Under the pieces are notes generated by a model, which saw only the letters and a program-made list of their open reading frames with translations, did no database searches and was not told the DNA's origin. Shown in pieces: positions 12,881 through 27,019 of a DNA stretch of 64,000 bases; the stretch's first letter is position 1; each line of letters starts with the position of its first letter. The position numbers and the translations under genes are program-made. The DNA is from Eledone cirrhosa (Eukaryota): contig OZ024761.1 of NCBI GenBank assembly GCA_964016885.1, positions 19,344,001-19,408,000 on the forward strand. The letters run 5' to 3'.

Positions 12881-14925
12881 TACCCCTTTTATAAAAAATC
12901 ATTTAATTCCAAAGGTGGGTCTCCATTAACAAGTTAAATAAAGTATAAAGCACCAATTCCATCCAATAATTTTTGGACTGGACAGCATATTGTGTTCATG
13001 ACGCTTCATTTCATGTTGCTTTTCTTGATAAAAACACTCGAGAAGCCTTGTAGGAGGTCAGCTAAACCTACATAGGTGTGAACAGGAACAAAATCATGAT
13101 AGAAGTAGGGTCCCTTTCATTAATGCACTTGATAAACCACGTCAGGGGCCAGCTAAACCTACATAGGTGTGAGCTGTAACAAAAACATGACAGGACTAGG
13201 GTTCCTTTCATTAAAACACTGGAGTAACCCCATAAAAGGCCAGCTAAACTTACATAGGTGTGCACTATAACAAGAACAATAACTTGTGTGTAAAACAAGG
13301 AAGGGAAATAGAGTAATTTGTTATTTTGAGGTCAAGGTTTTAAGTTACAGAGATAACTCGATGAAATGACTGTTGACACAACACTGAATAGTTTTAAATA
13401 TGACTCCGGCTATTTCAAAGATTTTTCTCACACATCAAATATTATAAATAATATGCCACTACTGTATGTTATTTGTATGTATCTATAATAATATGCCACT
13501 ACTGTATGTTATTTACTATTATCCAACCCTTTGTTTTATGGGCAGAATAAGTGATGCTTGGTTTGGTCTCCCTATTTCTGCATCAAACTTTAACGAAGCT
13601 CTGGTTGTAAATTTTATATTTGCCAACAGTTTTAATCATTTTGACACCAACTTCAGGCCCAAGACAGCTCTAGTTCTCTGCAACAAAACCACTTATTTTA
13701 AAGGGTTCCTATTTAAATTAAAACATTCCATATTGGCATCACCAAATTTTATATAAGAATCATATGTTAAGTTACTATCTTAGTAATGAAATGATAATTT
13801 TAGTAAATCCCTCAAAATACTCCATTAATTAATTAAATAGTGTGTTTCATTAGAAATATGGCCATGGAAGGATTAAGGCTATTTCTATTGCTAAAGCAGG
13901 GGGTTAGCCATTCAAACCCTGCAACAAGCTTCATACTTATCATGGGGTTCTTCTAAAGGCATTGTTTCATAGCTGCATGTCTTTCCTGGTGCTGACTGTT
14001 TTAGTTGCTTCTTACAACACACATATATGGTGTAGCTATACTAAAACAGATAAACACAGCATTTCATCTAATAATTTTTTTGAAATACGATTTAGATTGT
14101 AGAAACCAAAGACTGTGTGTTTAATAACCACTTGCCTGTTATGTCACTGAACTGTCATCAACAAAGCAAAACTACACTTTAACATGGAAAATTAGTCAGT
14201 TGACATAATACCAATATTAAAAGAATACCACTTAAGTGTGTATCATTATTATTTGTTATGTTCAGTTAACTCTTTTGAAATGAAACTCTCTCCCTTGTTC
14301 CATGATAGAAACTTACCTGTTTGTTTTAAAGAGTTTATCTATATACTACTAAATTCTGTGACTGTGCTTGTCTGTAATTTAATACAGCCAAAACGGCGCA
14401 TAATGGGAATATACTTCCCTGAAATGGGAATACAAATGGAATAAAACAAGTTTTGCGTAAATTGGAGTACGGGTTCTTGAGATACAGGGTTTTTCTGGGT
14501 ACCTTCATAAATAGAGAGAGAGAGAGAAAGAGATAGTCGTTGTGAGAGAGTAGATTGAAATAGAGAGAGAGGAGAGATGGAAGGAAAATGGAAGAGTGAG
14601 TGGTGGTGAATGAAATTATAACACGTTTCAAAGAATCGAATACAGCATTACTCATACATACATATGGCCCTTCCAATTTCATTTTACATTATATACGTGT
14701 CTGTGTATATTTTAATTATTTAAAAATTATTTTTAAGAAAACATGATTTAAAGAAGATATTTTTAAGTGAATCTGACCCAAAGGTCACGGGCGATCAAGT
14801 ATTTATCTAGAAACCATCCATCATAATTTTATCTGAGAACATTTGTTCTGCTCTAAACGCCAACTTTATAATGAGAAAGCTGTATTACTAAATTACTCCA
14901 AATTCTAGATTTTCAAAATGATTTG

Positions 14926-14956
<31 letters not shown>

Positions 14957-16191
14957 CAATTTGGTTCACTCCTGTGCAGGTTTAGCTGGCCTCCTACAAA
15001 GTTACCTCTCATAGGAGGTTTCTCTAGTGCTTTAAAGATAGGTGCCCCAGTCATATCATGAAAAGCAGCATAAAATGGAGTGTCTTGCTTCAGAACACAA
15101 CGCGCTGTCTGGTCCAGAAATTGAACCCATGCCTTTATGATCATGAATCCAACACTTTAACCATCAGGCTGCGTGTTTTCATCCTTTCAGGGTTGATAAA
15201 TCAAGTACCAGTCCAGAGCAGATTAGTGAAACTGTTAAATGGCATCAGATGAGATGCCTTGTGCTATCTACTCTAGATTTATGAGTTCAAATCCCATTTT
15301 CTGTCAATAGAAAAGTGGTGACATGATGGGACTGAGGCCTCTCTCCTTAATTCTTTTATGACCATATTCCTAACCAAATAAACTGTAAAACTGTATTTCA
15401 GTTAATGAAAAATTTGATGGGATTTGCTAACGTTATTTTATTATTAAGATGATATGCATGTATGCAAGGACCTCTAACTCCAGAGGGAGTTGTAGGGGCA
15501 CCATATTAACATGCAGCGTTTCTGGGGCATTTTGAAACCTGGCGGAGCCCAATCCTCTCCAGGTTTGAATACAGATTTCTTCTAGAGAAGGATAGAGAGT
15601 GAGAGAATGGAAGTGAGAAAGAGATATAGAGGAAGAATCGACTCCAGTACTTGACTGGTACTTTTTTTGTATCAACCTCAAATGGATGAAAGACAAAGTT
15701 GACCTTGGCGTAGCTTGAACTCAGAAAGCAGATAGTTGAAACAAATACCACAAAGCATTCTATCCGACGTTCTACCTGTTAAGATAGTATAACATACCTA
15801 AAAAAAGTTCTTGTATCAATTTGTGTTGGAAGTTTTTTATTCAAATAAGAACCTTTTGTTTCATAGAAACAGAGGCAACTCTAGGCAGGTTGGTATGTAA
15901 AGGCTTAAAATATCCAAGAAACCTATGAGGTGCAGCTTGGATGGTTATAATTCAAATATGAACTCTTGATTTTCATGATAGAACTTAGGCCCTTAACATT
16001 AAAGCATCTGAGAATCATCACATGAAATACAAGCTCATAGGAGACCAGGTAAACCCACATAGGTATGAGTTATAAATTTCATTTCATATTTTGTATTGTG
16101 TATGCAGCTTGGCATGAAATTCAGCAAGGCAAGCCCTTGCTTTAGCAGGAGAAATGGCCTGAAAAACATATTGTTTTTGTTGTTTATTTGA

Positions 16192-16443
<252 letters not shown>

Positions 16444-16515
16444 TAGACTTGTCTCCTGGCATGGACAACCCATCTAACCCATGCAAGCATAGAAAATGGA
16501 CGCTAAATGGTGTTG

Positions 16516-16548
<33 letters not shown>

Positions 16549-17559
16549 AAGTTCTAAACCAATCTAAACAGGGGTGCAGACATGGCTGTGTGGTTAAGGA
16601 GTTTGTTTTACAGCTATGTGCTTTCGGGTTCACTTCCATTTTGTAGCATCTTAGGCAAGTATCTGCCCATTTTATATGGCCGACAACCTCTCTAGTGTTA
16701 GTGCCATTAAAATGCACCCACTACACCCTGTAAGGTGGTTGGTGACAAGAAGGGTATCCAGTTGTATTGTAGAAACCATGTCAAAATTGGTTTGAGAGAA
16801 CGCACCAGTTGCGTTAAGGGCATAACAATTTCTCTGGTGTTGGTGAGCTACACACTAAATGCACCCAGTACACTGTTTAAGGTGGTTGGTGATAGGAAGA
16901 GCATCCGGCTGTAGGAAGCTTGCTAAATAAAGTGTTGGGGTGCCTTCTCAGTGGTCTCAAAGACATGGCAAACCTCCCTAGTGTCCGTGTCATGATAAGA
17001 TACACCTGGTAGAGCACAGTCATATGTAAATGAGTTGTGGGCCACCTGAGCTTTTTGTAGAATGTAGTAGGAATTTATGTAAATGAAATACAGGCTCCCT
17101 ACACTTTTGTGGGATCAGTACCTCCACATGAGTATCATTTTGGTCTGCTGACGGTCCATCCACCAAGCTTGGGAGGTGGGTGGAGAAGCATTGGGGTTTG
17201 ATAGGGTTGACTGAATCCTCTGAAGGTGGTGTCCCAACATGGCCACAGTCTAATGACCAAAAAGCCAGAGAAATAAAATGAATCAATAAACGCCAGCTTA
17301 GCTTTGTGAGAAACTCTTGAAATAGAAAGCAAATTTAATTTCTTTTAATCTTATTTTAATTTACAAAGTGGAAGTGTGCCAATATTGAAGATTAGCACCC
17401 AACATCCATTGTTGAGTTGAATGTGTGCTAATTCTGTCTAATTGGTGGAGGAAATCTTATATATACACATACAGTCACTAACTTTACTCTTTAGATTTAA
17501 ACTAAATAAGCATTTTAAGACACCATCTTCCTTGCTAAAGCAAGCATAAACCTTGCAAG

Positions 17560-17860
17560 CCCTAGGACAAGCTTCTCCATTTTGCCCTCTTGCCTCTGTT
17601 CCCACTTCATCAACCCCTTATTTCTTCCTCCATCGTCTTTGACCATGTCTGTCTTGGTCTTTCTTTCATCTACTTCCTTCCACATTCATTTCCATTACTC
17701 CTCACCCAGTCACTTTCATCTTTTCTCAACACATGTCCCAACCATCTCATTCTATTTCTCTTCACAACATTCATCATTGGCTCTGTTCCCATCAACCATC
17801 ACTTTCATCTTTCCCCAACACATGACCCAACCATCTCGTTGTTCCATTTCTCTTCACAAC
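17560..17860 (-). mobile_element. RTE-type LINE C-terminal remnant
   Basis: Reverse strand reads WLGHVLRKDESDWVRRVMEMNVEG, with a partial duplication. Confidence 0.6.
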
Positions 17861-19743
17861 ATTCATTACTGGTTCTATTCCCATCATTTAATTTAAAAAT
17901 AAACGTATATGGTTGATGTTTGTTTGTCTGTAGTGCTGGCGCTACGAGAAAATGTACCCAGTACACTCTGTAAAGTGGTCGGTGTTAGAAAAGGCATCCA
18001 GCTGTAGAAAGCATAAGCCATACTAAAAAGGGCAGGGAGGACTGTACTATCATGTCAAAGACAATGCAAACATACCAGCCTTAAAAATAAGTATTAGGGG
18101 TAGACTGTGATTGACAAAACCATTGAAGGCAGTGCCCCAGAATGACCATGGTCCAATGACTGAAACTGGTAAAAGAGTGTATAAGAATGTATATGAAATG
18201 GAGATAAAAATATACAAAAATGCTTTGTAAATTTGTAGATTAAGTAAAAAACATTTTGATTATATTTTTTTGGCAACTATTAAAAGCTATATAAGGTCAC
18301 TTACCTTCTTTGTATTGTTAGCTCAAAACAGCTGCTAACTCTATAATACAGTGTCCAGAATACTACCTATATATATAGACACACACACACACACACTTGT
18401 GTGATGTGATTTGGCAGTCCATGATGAGGTATATGTACATTTATTATATATATATATATATAATATAACGATTGTATGGCTCTGATTGCTCAATGATAGA
18501 ATTGAAGCTAACAATCCAAGACCTCAGAGTGTTTGCACAATGCCAATATCATAGGAAACCACACATCTAATATTTTGTAGAGAACAACATAATCAGGATA
18601 ATTGCTTTATATATATCAATGCACAAGATACAAACATATGAATAGTAAATGTGTTGTGCGGTAAATAAATATATACATATACACCAGGGCCGAACCAAAC
18701 ACTCACTGCCTCTGTCTCTTCCGCTCATTCCATCTCACTATTATGAGCAAATGGAAGCCCACACGATGGCAGCCCCAGCAGACAGAATAGAGAAGGCGTT
18801 TCCTCAGAGGATGGTAAGGGAGACACGCTGGAAGAACCATTCCATCTAGTGAGGCTCACATGATGATGATAGATGTAGTCCACCGGTTAAATATATTTTT
18901 GTGAGACCATCAGTTGGTTGTCATATTCTTGATGCAAATGAAGATTCCTCTCTTTGTGGCAAAATCTCTCCAGCCAGATGCCCTTTCTAACACCGACTGC
19001 TTTACATGTGTGTGTGTGTGTCCCTGCCTGGGGGTTGGAGTCAGGAAGGTCATCCCTCCGTAAAACATTTCCACAAAAAGACCCCCCCCTCCCTCATGAT
19101 GAGTATGACTCATAGTACCGTGTCAGGCTTTGTAAGGAAAATGACCTTAAGATGCTCATTATTGTTTTACCATTTTTAGTACAGCTTTCATTATTTGACA
19201 TGGTTCACACAAGAGCATACTATAAATATTTTCATGGGAATTGTTAGTTGCTTTGTCTTTCCTGTATTTAACCCCATCATGACTGCATTTCTAATGAAAT
19301 TCACTCTATTTTAATTAATTAATTAAGAATTTTGAGGGGTTTACTAAAATTATTAGTTATTTCATTACTAAGATAACTTAATGTAGGGTTCTTATATAAA
19401 ATTATGTGAGAAGATTTTAATTTAAATTGGAAACCTTTAAAATGGGTGGTTTTATTTCATAGAACCCGAGCCAGTTTTTCCGGGTTGGTAACATAGTGGC
19501 AGATTGGCGACAGGGTCTCATCCATTTATAGTTGAAGTTCCTAAATGTAAACAATTTCTATTCCCATACACATCCCGCATATGGCATTCTCTTCTGGCCA
19601 CTTGCTTTCTTGACCACTACAATTTGCAAAAATTCCAAAGCAACACCAACTGTCATCTTTTCTCTTATCCCTGACTTGTCCTTTTTCCTTCTCAGTAATC
19701 CCTTTTATTTTATTGCCTTACTTGGGGTGAGTAAATAAGATAG

Positions 19744-19790
<47 letters not shown>

Positions 19791-19884
19791 GGTTTTCCAA
19801 GAGATGGACCTGTTATTTTTCTCTAAAAACATTTTTTCCAATTCCGCCCTGCCCGACCCTTCAATCTTTTTAATTTCTCGTTCT

Positions 19885-19922
19885 TTCTTCTGATGAAGGA
19901 CTAGCGTCCGAAACGTTAAGAA
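19885..19922 (+). ncRNA. Minimal type I hammerhead ribozyme motif in a ~230-bp element (19787-20015) flanked by (TA)n and (TACA)n
   Basis: Stem I ttctt/aagaa, core CTGATGA, extra A, stem II GGAC-tagc-GTCC, GAA, minimal palindromic stem III ACGT, predicted cleavage after GUU (19917). Confidence 0.7.
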
Positions 19923-22522
19923 TCTCTTAAGAATCTCCTGCTATTTCAAGCGTTAAACTCATATATTCCTTCCATATACTGTACCATTTGTGGTGTTATT
20001 TCTGTTTACCTTTTACATACATACATACATATATATAATCATTTATGTTAGGCTATTTACTGGTGGATAGAACTGATAGTTTCTGGTTGGTAAACGGTGA
20101 TGCAACAAATTAATTAAAGCACTCAACATTATGCAAATCATCCATCATAGATTTGGTATCCAGTTGTTGGTGCAGGAACAGAGTAAAGTATACATTAAAA
20201 CAATAGAAGACTGGACTAAAATATTGATGGAGACCGTCTGCTATTGATCAGGCTGTCCCCGAATCAAATTTTCTATTTTTTCTCTCTCTCCTACCTTCCA
20301 TTCTATGTTTGGGTTCAACATAATCCTGTTTACATTATTCTGCAAGTAACACCTGATGAAATCACCTAGTCTTGTATCATAATCAGATGATGGAGCTAGG
20401 CCATCAAAATATGTTTAGTGCTTTCGCAGAATTAAAATTCTAAAGTAAATTTGTCAGTGAGGCCTTCTATTGTTGTTTTAATGTATATATATATATAAGG
20501 ATATAGATATAAAAACCTCCTGCCTAGAGCCATATAACATATGCATTACACATATGATATACAATTTCTTTGTCAGCTTAGTTCTATGATTAAAATCTTC
20601 CAACATAATTTTATATTAAAACAATATGTTAATTTACTGTCCTAGTTGTGAAATAATTAATAATATTAGTAAATCTGTTAAAATTTTTCATTAATTAATT
20701 AAAATTCAGTGTATTTAAAAAAAATATGATCACAAAATGGTTAATCAAGAATTTATATGTATTCAGTTTAAAATAAATATTTAGTATTCCTATGTGTCAT
20801 ACGAGGTCGACTAAAAAGGTTTGTGCCAGTAAGGTCACCTGACCATAAAACATTGATTCAAAAATGAACGCATGATAAGTATGAAGATTTTCGTTGGGTC
20901 CAGCACAGCTATTTTTTGTTTTAACGGGGTGAGGGTGGGTGGCCTGGGAAATGCTTATTGTTGTAATGTATATTACTTATTATTAACTTTGCCTTTCATC
21001 CTTACGGGATCGATAAAATAAAGTACCTGTAATGTACTGGGTAATTTATTGGCCTTGTGCCAAAATTAGAAACAATTATTGTTCTAGAAAATTATATTGG
21101 AAGATTTTGATTTAAATAAGAAATTCCCTTTCAAGTGGATGGCCATGTTTTATACAACCAGAACTAGTTTTGGCAGCATTGATATCAAATGGACTAATAA
21201 CGAAAGTTAATTGCATTAGTAAATAGCTCCAAATTGTTAAATTATTTTCGAAACGATTTAAAAAAACAAACAGGCAGTATATTTTCTTGGAAAAGTTATG
21301 AAATCTTTTATTTGAAATAAATTCGCTCCTAATGTGTTTCTGTGGTAACTACTGGACAAGCCTTGTACTGAAGTTAAACTAGGTTACCAGTTCACAGTTC
21401 AGTAACCAGTATATATATATCTCTTGGTAGCCAGTTAGTGTTGTCATCCACCCTAAAAAAATGTCTGATTTTACAGCACAATAAACCCATTATTTATTAA
21501 TGTAGGGTAGCACAAAAGAAAGAAAGAAAAAAAACTGCCTTGATGATGTATTCAATGTACTACAGATATGCCTGTGTGGTTAAATTCATTAGCTTGGCAA
21601 TCATGGGGTCTTGGGAAGCCTCTTTTGTATTTATTTATAGGAGCAGAGGGAAGAACAAAAAATAATTAAAAAAATGAAATTTTATAGCTCATAACTCTGT
21701 AGGTTTAGCTGACCCCTCTTATGGGGTTGTATATCATAGGAGGTTTCATAGGTGTTTTGAAGATAAGGGCCCCATTCCTATCATGAAATCAAACCCACGG
21801 CCTTATAGTTGTGAATCTAACACCCTAACCACTAGGCCACGTAAAATAGAAACACACACACACACAGATATGATCGTACATAAATGGGACACAGATCCCT
21901 GGCCTGTCTGGGGGGGGGAGATCTTTGACTCTGCTTCAATACTGACTTGGTTTATGTAAACTCGTCCAACCCTTGCTAGCAGGGAAAGAGGGTATTAATA
22001 TGATGATGGTGGTGTGTGTGTTTGTCTCTTTGCAACCAGTCTCAAGTGATGATGTTTGTTTACATTCTGCAGGAGTGGTTAGATGTGTGAATGTTTGTAC
22101 CTTGGGAAAGTGAAATTTAACATCAAGGACATTCAGCCATTGAATTGTGCTTCAAATAGAAATTACGATGGGAGGTTTTTTAAAAACCAATTATACTAAA
22201 CCATACAAAAGTATTGATTATTTTCAAAATTAATTGAAACAGACAGGGAATGTATTTCATACGAAATATGGTCATGGAAGGGTTATGGTGTACTTTTGAA
22301 ATATAATAACTTTGGAAATAAGCAATTAAAAAAAAAGAAAGAAAAGGGATTTTTATTAATTAAGGTATCTGGAATTCTTACGATCAGTAATTAATTAGAT
22401 TATCGTAATAAATTTAAAACATTTTTTTCTGAATATCTTCACATTTGAATTAATTGATTACACCTTACATTTTTCTGTTGTTATACCCTCTGTATTCCTA
22501 AGTTTTTAACCCTTATTATATC

Positions 22523-22703
22523 GGTGGATTGGCAGTATCGGTAGAGGGTCGGACGCCATGCTTTGCAGTATAGAGTTACGGCCTGAGTTCAAATCCCGCC
22601 GAGGTTAACTTTGCCATTCATCCTTACAGGGTTGATAAAATAAAGTACCAGTAATGCACTGGGGTAATTTCTGGCCTTATGCTAAAAGTAGAAACAATTA
22701 TTA
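22523..22703 (+). mobile_element. tRNA-derived SINE family A (central gcctttcatcctt..gtcgataaaataaagtaccag block); other copies at ~510-650, 22805-22985(-), 23280-23390(-), 24785-24980, 39275-39430, 45230-45450, 60943-61030
   Basis: A-box-like tggcagtatcggtag, B-box-like gagttcaaatccc, and a dispersed conserved body. Confidence 0.85.
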
Positions 22704-23431
22704 TACCGAGACATTTGGTACAATCCCTGGTTCTACAATACTAAACTGAGTGTCTTATTTAAATACCATAAATCATTTTGTCTGCAATAATAATAGTAGT
22801 AGTATCGGTTTCTGATTTAGGCACAAGGTCTACAATTTTGGGGAGGGGAAAGTTGATTAAATCGACCCTGTTGTGTCACTGGTACTTCATTTTATCGACT
22901 CCTGTAAGGATGAAAGGATTTGAACTCAGCATAAAAGGATGTAACTCTATGCCACAAAGCATGTCCAATGCTGCTAATCCACCGCTCTTGCAATAATAAT
23001 TTTCTACTTTAGGCACAAGGCTAGGGGAAGGGAGGCGAAAGTTGATTAAATTGACCCCTATGGACATAGAAAATTATCCAAATGTTAAAAAAACTGGAGA
23101 TAGAAATAACCCAAATGTGGATGAATGAAAACAAACAATCCTTATAATAATAGGTACTCTGGGAATAAATAAAATCATACAGACATACATAACCCAAACC
23201 CCAGGACTTACAAATATACACAACATACAGAAAATACCGCTACTAGGCACTGCAGACAAACATGAAGAGTAGTCTCGATGAAAGACAAAGCTAATCTTGG
23301 TGGGATTTGAACTCAGAATGTAAAGGGCCATATCTCTATGCTGCAAAGCATGGTGTTTGACGCTCTACCGATACTGCCAATCAACCACTCTAATAATAAC
23401 AATAATACTTTTTTTTCTTCCTTTCTTTCAG

Positions 23432-23463
23432 TATTTCACTGGCAGGCTACCATAATGGGTCCG
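23432..23463 (+). CDS. UBE2D: UBE2D coding exon 3 (LFHWQATIMGP)
   Basis: ctttctttcag acceptor, 32 nt, gtaagt donor; phase compatible with both neighbouring exons. Confidence 0.97.
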
Positions 23464-23994
23464 GTAAGTAATATTATTTACCCCCTCTCTTGTCTCTTCA
23501 CAATTTTTGTACTATTGTTGCTTTCTGATGTTTGAGATTTTGTGAAAGATGGGTTGAGCATTCCTTATTTAAAATGCTTGTTTCAGATGATTCCAGAGTG
23601 TTTTCAAAGTTTGGAATCCCCCCTGTATACTACTACTACTACTACTACTACTGTTTAATAGACTTGTAGCTCACCATTCTGGAGATGGCTTCCTTCTTGG
23701 CAGCTTTAGATAACCTCATAACACCCTCCTGCTGGTCTGGTTGAAAGGTAAGCTATTGTTGCTACAGTCAACCACTCAAGTGGCTGAAATAAACAGTCAG
23801 TGAGATGAACAAAGTTGTGGTGGTGAGATGAGAGTTTGCTTTAAAAAAATCTTTAGAGGATGTCTTGCATGGCATGTTAGTCTTTTATTCTCTACACTGT
23901 AGTAGTTAGTACTGGGTTTACACATGGGCTTAGTAGGCTGCAACCCAGGGATTCAGAGTCCAGTGGTAACCCACTCCACTTTGTTTTAAATATA

Positions 23995-24290
23995 CAGTGG
24001 AATCTCAGTTCATGAATGCCTCTCATCACAAACAATTTTTCCGAATTTAAAAGGTCTCAGTTCACCAACTGTCTTGAGTAATGAACACGCAAGCCAGCAA
24101 CAACAGTTGGTGACAGGAAAGCTTCACTTGCTGTGTAGTTAGTTACTATGGTGATATCTGTTTTTCTTTTACCCACAGCAATCTCTCTCTCTCAACATTT
24201 CGTATGGGAAAAATAGTTTCAGTTTACAAACATTTCAGGTGACAAACGGCCTTTAGGAATGAATTAAGTTCGTGAACTAAGGTTGCACTG
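23995..24290. mobile_element. Pogo/Tigger-like MITE
   Basis: TA-flanked imperfect TIRs cagtggaatctcagttcatgaa / ttcgtgaactaaggttgcactg. Confidence 0.75.
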
Positions 24291-25052
24291 TATATCGACC
24301 CTTTAGCATTTAAACTGGTCATATCCAGCCAGAATTTTCTCACCCCTTTCTGTTCAAACCGGCCATAACCAATTGCTCACACTTATGTTAAGGTATTGTT
24401 CTCAAAATAAATATAAAAATCTCATGGATTCAATATTATGTGAGATAAAGTGTTAACCACGAAAATACAATAGTAAATATAGAGTAATGTAAATGCTAAA
24501 GGGTTAACACGTAGTTATGAAATACAATATGTATAAATAAAATATAATTTTATTACATTTGTTTTTCTAACATAAATCAATGCTGGAATCACGGCTTTTT
24601 TTTTTCCTCTGAGAAAATGCTGGGGGACCCAATTATTCTCTAGCTGAAGGTGCCTTGATGCTTTTTAATCAATCCCTGTCTGTAGTAGTCATCCCCACCT
24701 GGGGCTTCGTTTTGTAATGCCTATGATTGTGTAACTTGATGAGTTGAGGAGTAATATATTTCATTAATTAATTAGTATCTGTAGGGTGGCTGATTGGCAG
24801 AATCGGTAGAGCGTCGGACGAGCTTTGACATAGTTACAGCCCTCTATGTTCTGCCAAGGTTAGCTTTGCCTTTCATTCTTAAGGGGTGGATAAAACAAAC
24901 TGCCATTAACATATTGGGGTTGATTTAATCACCCCCCCCCCCTCTCCCCAAATTGCTGGCTTTGTGCCTAAATCAAATCACTAATTAGTATCTAGGATAT
25001 CACTGTTACACCCCACTTGTTTTAGCCTTCATATATATATATATATATATAT

Positions 25053-25113
<61 letters not shown>

Positions 25114-26537
25114 AATATGTGCACACACACATCATCATCGTTTAACTCCCATTTTCCATGCTAACATGGGTTAGACGGGTTGTCCCATTAGAAGCAAGTT
25201 GGGGCAGGTAACTATCTTTTTCATATAAGACTATTTCTGGCTAGATTTCTATGTCTGGATGCTCTTTCCAATGCCAACCACATTTACTGTGTGGGCTGGG
25301 TGCTTTTTGTCATGACTTCTACACCGTCTTATGACAGCAGCCCATGTGAGGAAGGAGTTCCACAAAGTGGTGTGGCTGTTGCAGTGGGTGTCATTGGCCA
25401 TTGTCCACAGAAACTCCTTTGCTATTTTGTCTGTGGGGTGCAGCCAAAACACCATTCTCACTTATGTGTCGTCTGTCACCATCACCCCTTCCGTCTTTCT
25501 TTCGTTACCTAACAATCCTTGCCCTTTCTCTCCTTTTCTTATGTAACCCTTTAGCATTTAAACTGGCCAAATCTGGCCAGAATTCTCTCACCTTTCTGTT
25601 CAAATTGGCTGTAACCACTCGTATTGATGTTAAGGTATTGTTCTCAACATAAATAATATAAAAATCTTACATTTGATATGATGTGAGATAAAGCCTTTAT
25701 CAGGATTATACAATAGTAAATATAGGGCAATGTAAATGCTAAATGGTTAAGCACTTGTGTGCTTTCTTCCAAATGTAATTTGTCAGAATACATGTAATTA
25801 TAAATTATTTTTTCTACACCTGCATGGGTTTGACGGGTCGTCATGTTATGAGATAAGTCAGGTCAGGTAACCATGTGTTTCTCATACTGATCTGTATTTT
25901 GGCTTGGCTTCTCTAACTGGATGCCCTTCTTAATGCCAACTACTTTCTCATACGGATCTGTATTTTGGCTCGGTTTCAACAGGTGGATGTCCTTTTAGCA
26001 CCAACCACATTACAGGGAGGACCAGATGTTTTTATTTTTTTATTTTTTATTGTAGCGCTATTATATTTATTATGTATCAGTTGTATCTAGGCTGACTGGT
26101 ACAGGAATTTTGCCAAGCCAACAGTTAATTCATGCAGTCCTTGATGAATTGGTTGTTAGCTTGGCAATTTTATGCACACTCACACACACACACTCTCTCT
26201 CTCTCTAATAATGGTGCACCGAATTTACAGGTAAATATCATTAAGGCGGAAACAGGCCTATAATGAAGACTCTTTTGAATTTCAGGTATTTGACCCAGGA
26301 TATGTTGTTTTGTGTAGTTAAGTTTGATGCTGAACTTTTAATACTGGAGATTTTCACAGCAATCTATCCACCAGTAAAATTACTATAAACATTTGAATTA
26401 ACAAACCTGCTTTTTAGATATTTTCTGTTAAAATCATTGCAGATTATTAAGAGTTAGTAACAATCCATGTAAGACTACCTACCACTCATTGGACAATATG
26501 ACGTTTCTGTTGGTTAACCCCAGTACGTGTGTGTATA

Positions 26538-26800
26538 GTGAAGGCGCATGGCCTAATGGTTAGGGTAATGAATTCACGATCATAATACTGTGGGTTCGAT
26601 TCCTTGACTGGGTTATGTGTTGTGTTCTTGAGCAAAACATTTAATTTTGCATTGCTCCAGTAAGCTCAGCTAAAAATGAGTACCAGCAGTAACTAGTCCT
26701 ACCTCATAAGGACTGGTGTCCTGTCCAGGAAGGGCTCTTCTACTTTTAGTTCCTTAATGTCAAGGAAACCAGGATAAGCACTGGTCTGTTAAGCCTCCGA
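26538..26800 (+). mobile_element. tRNA-derived SINE family B; copies at ~2380-2540(-), 8725-9030, 9782-9998(-), 45450-45600, 53985-54240, 55323-55470
   Basis: gaaggcgcatggcctaatggttaggg (A box), gggttcgattcc (B box), then gttgtgttcttgagcaa..ctcagct..gagtaccagc. Confidence 0.85.
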
Positions 26801-27019
26801 GCTTTCATCATCATCGTTTTTACATCAGTTTTTCCATGCTTGCATAGGCCATGTGAAGTTATGAAGAAATTTATTTATTTATCCACTATTTTTCGCTGGG
26901 TTTGATGATTAGGTGGTGTGATTTCTACCCATCCAACGGCTCGGGTTTCATCAGATAACAATAACAATATATAAAACAAGGGTACAAGCTGAAGCATATA
27001 GACAATATGCCTCCACACC

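Noticed and set aside
26538-26610. tRNA gene (also ~8725 and ~55323)
   Set aside because: A/B boxes run directly into a dispersed SINE body; no intact cloverleaf seen.
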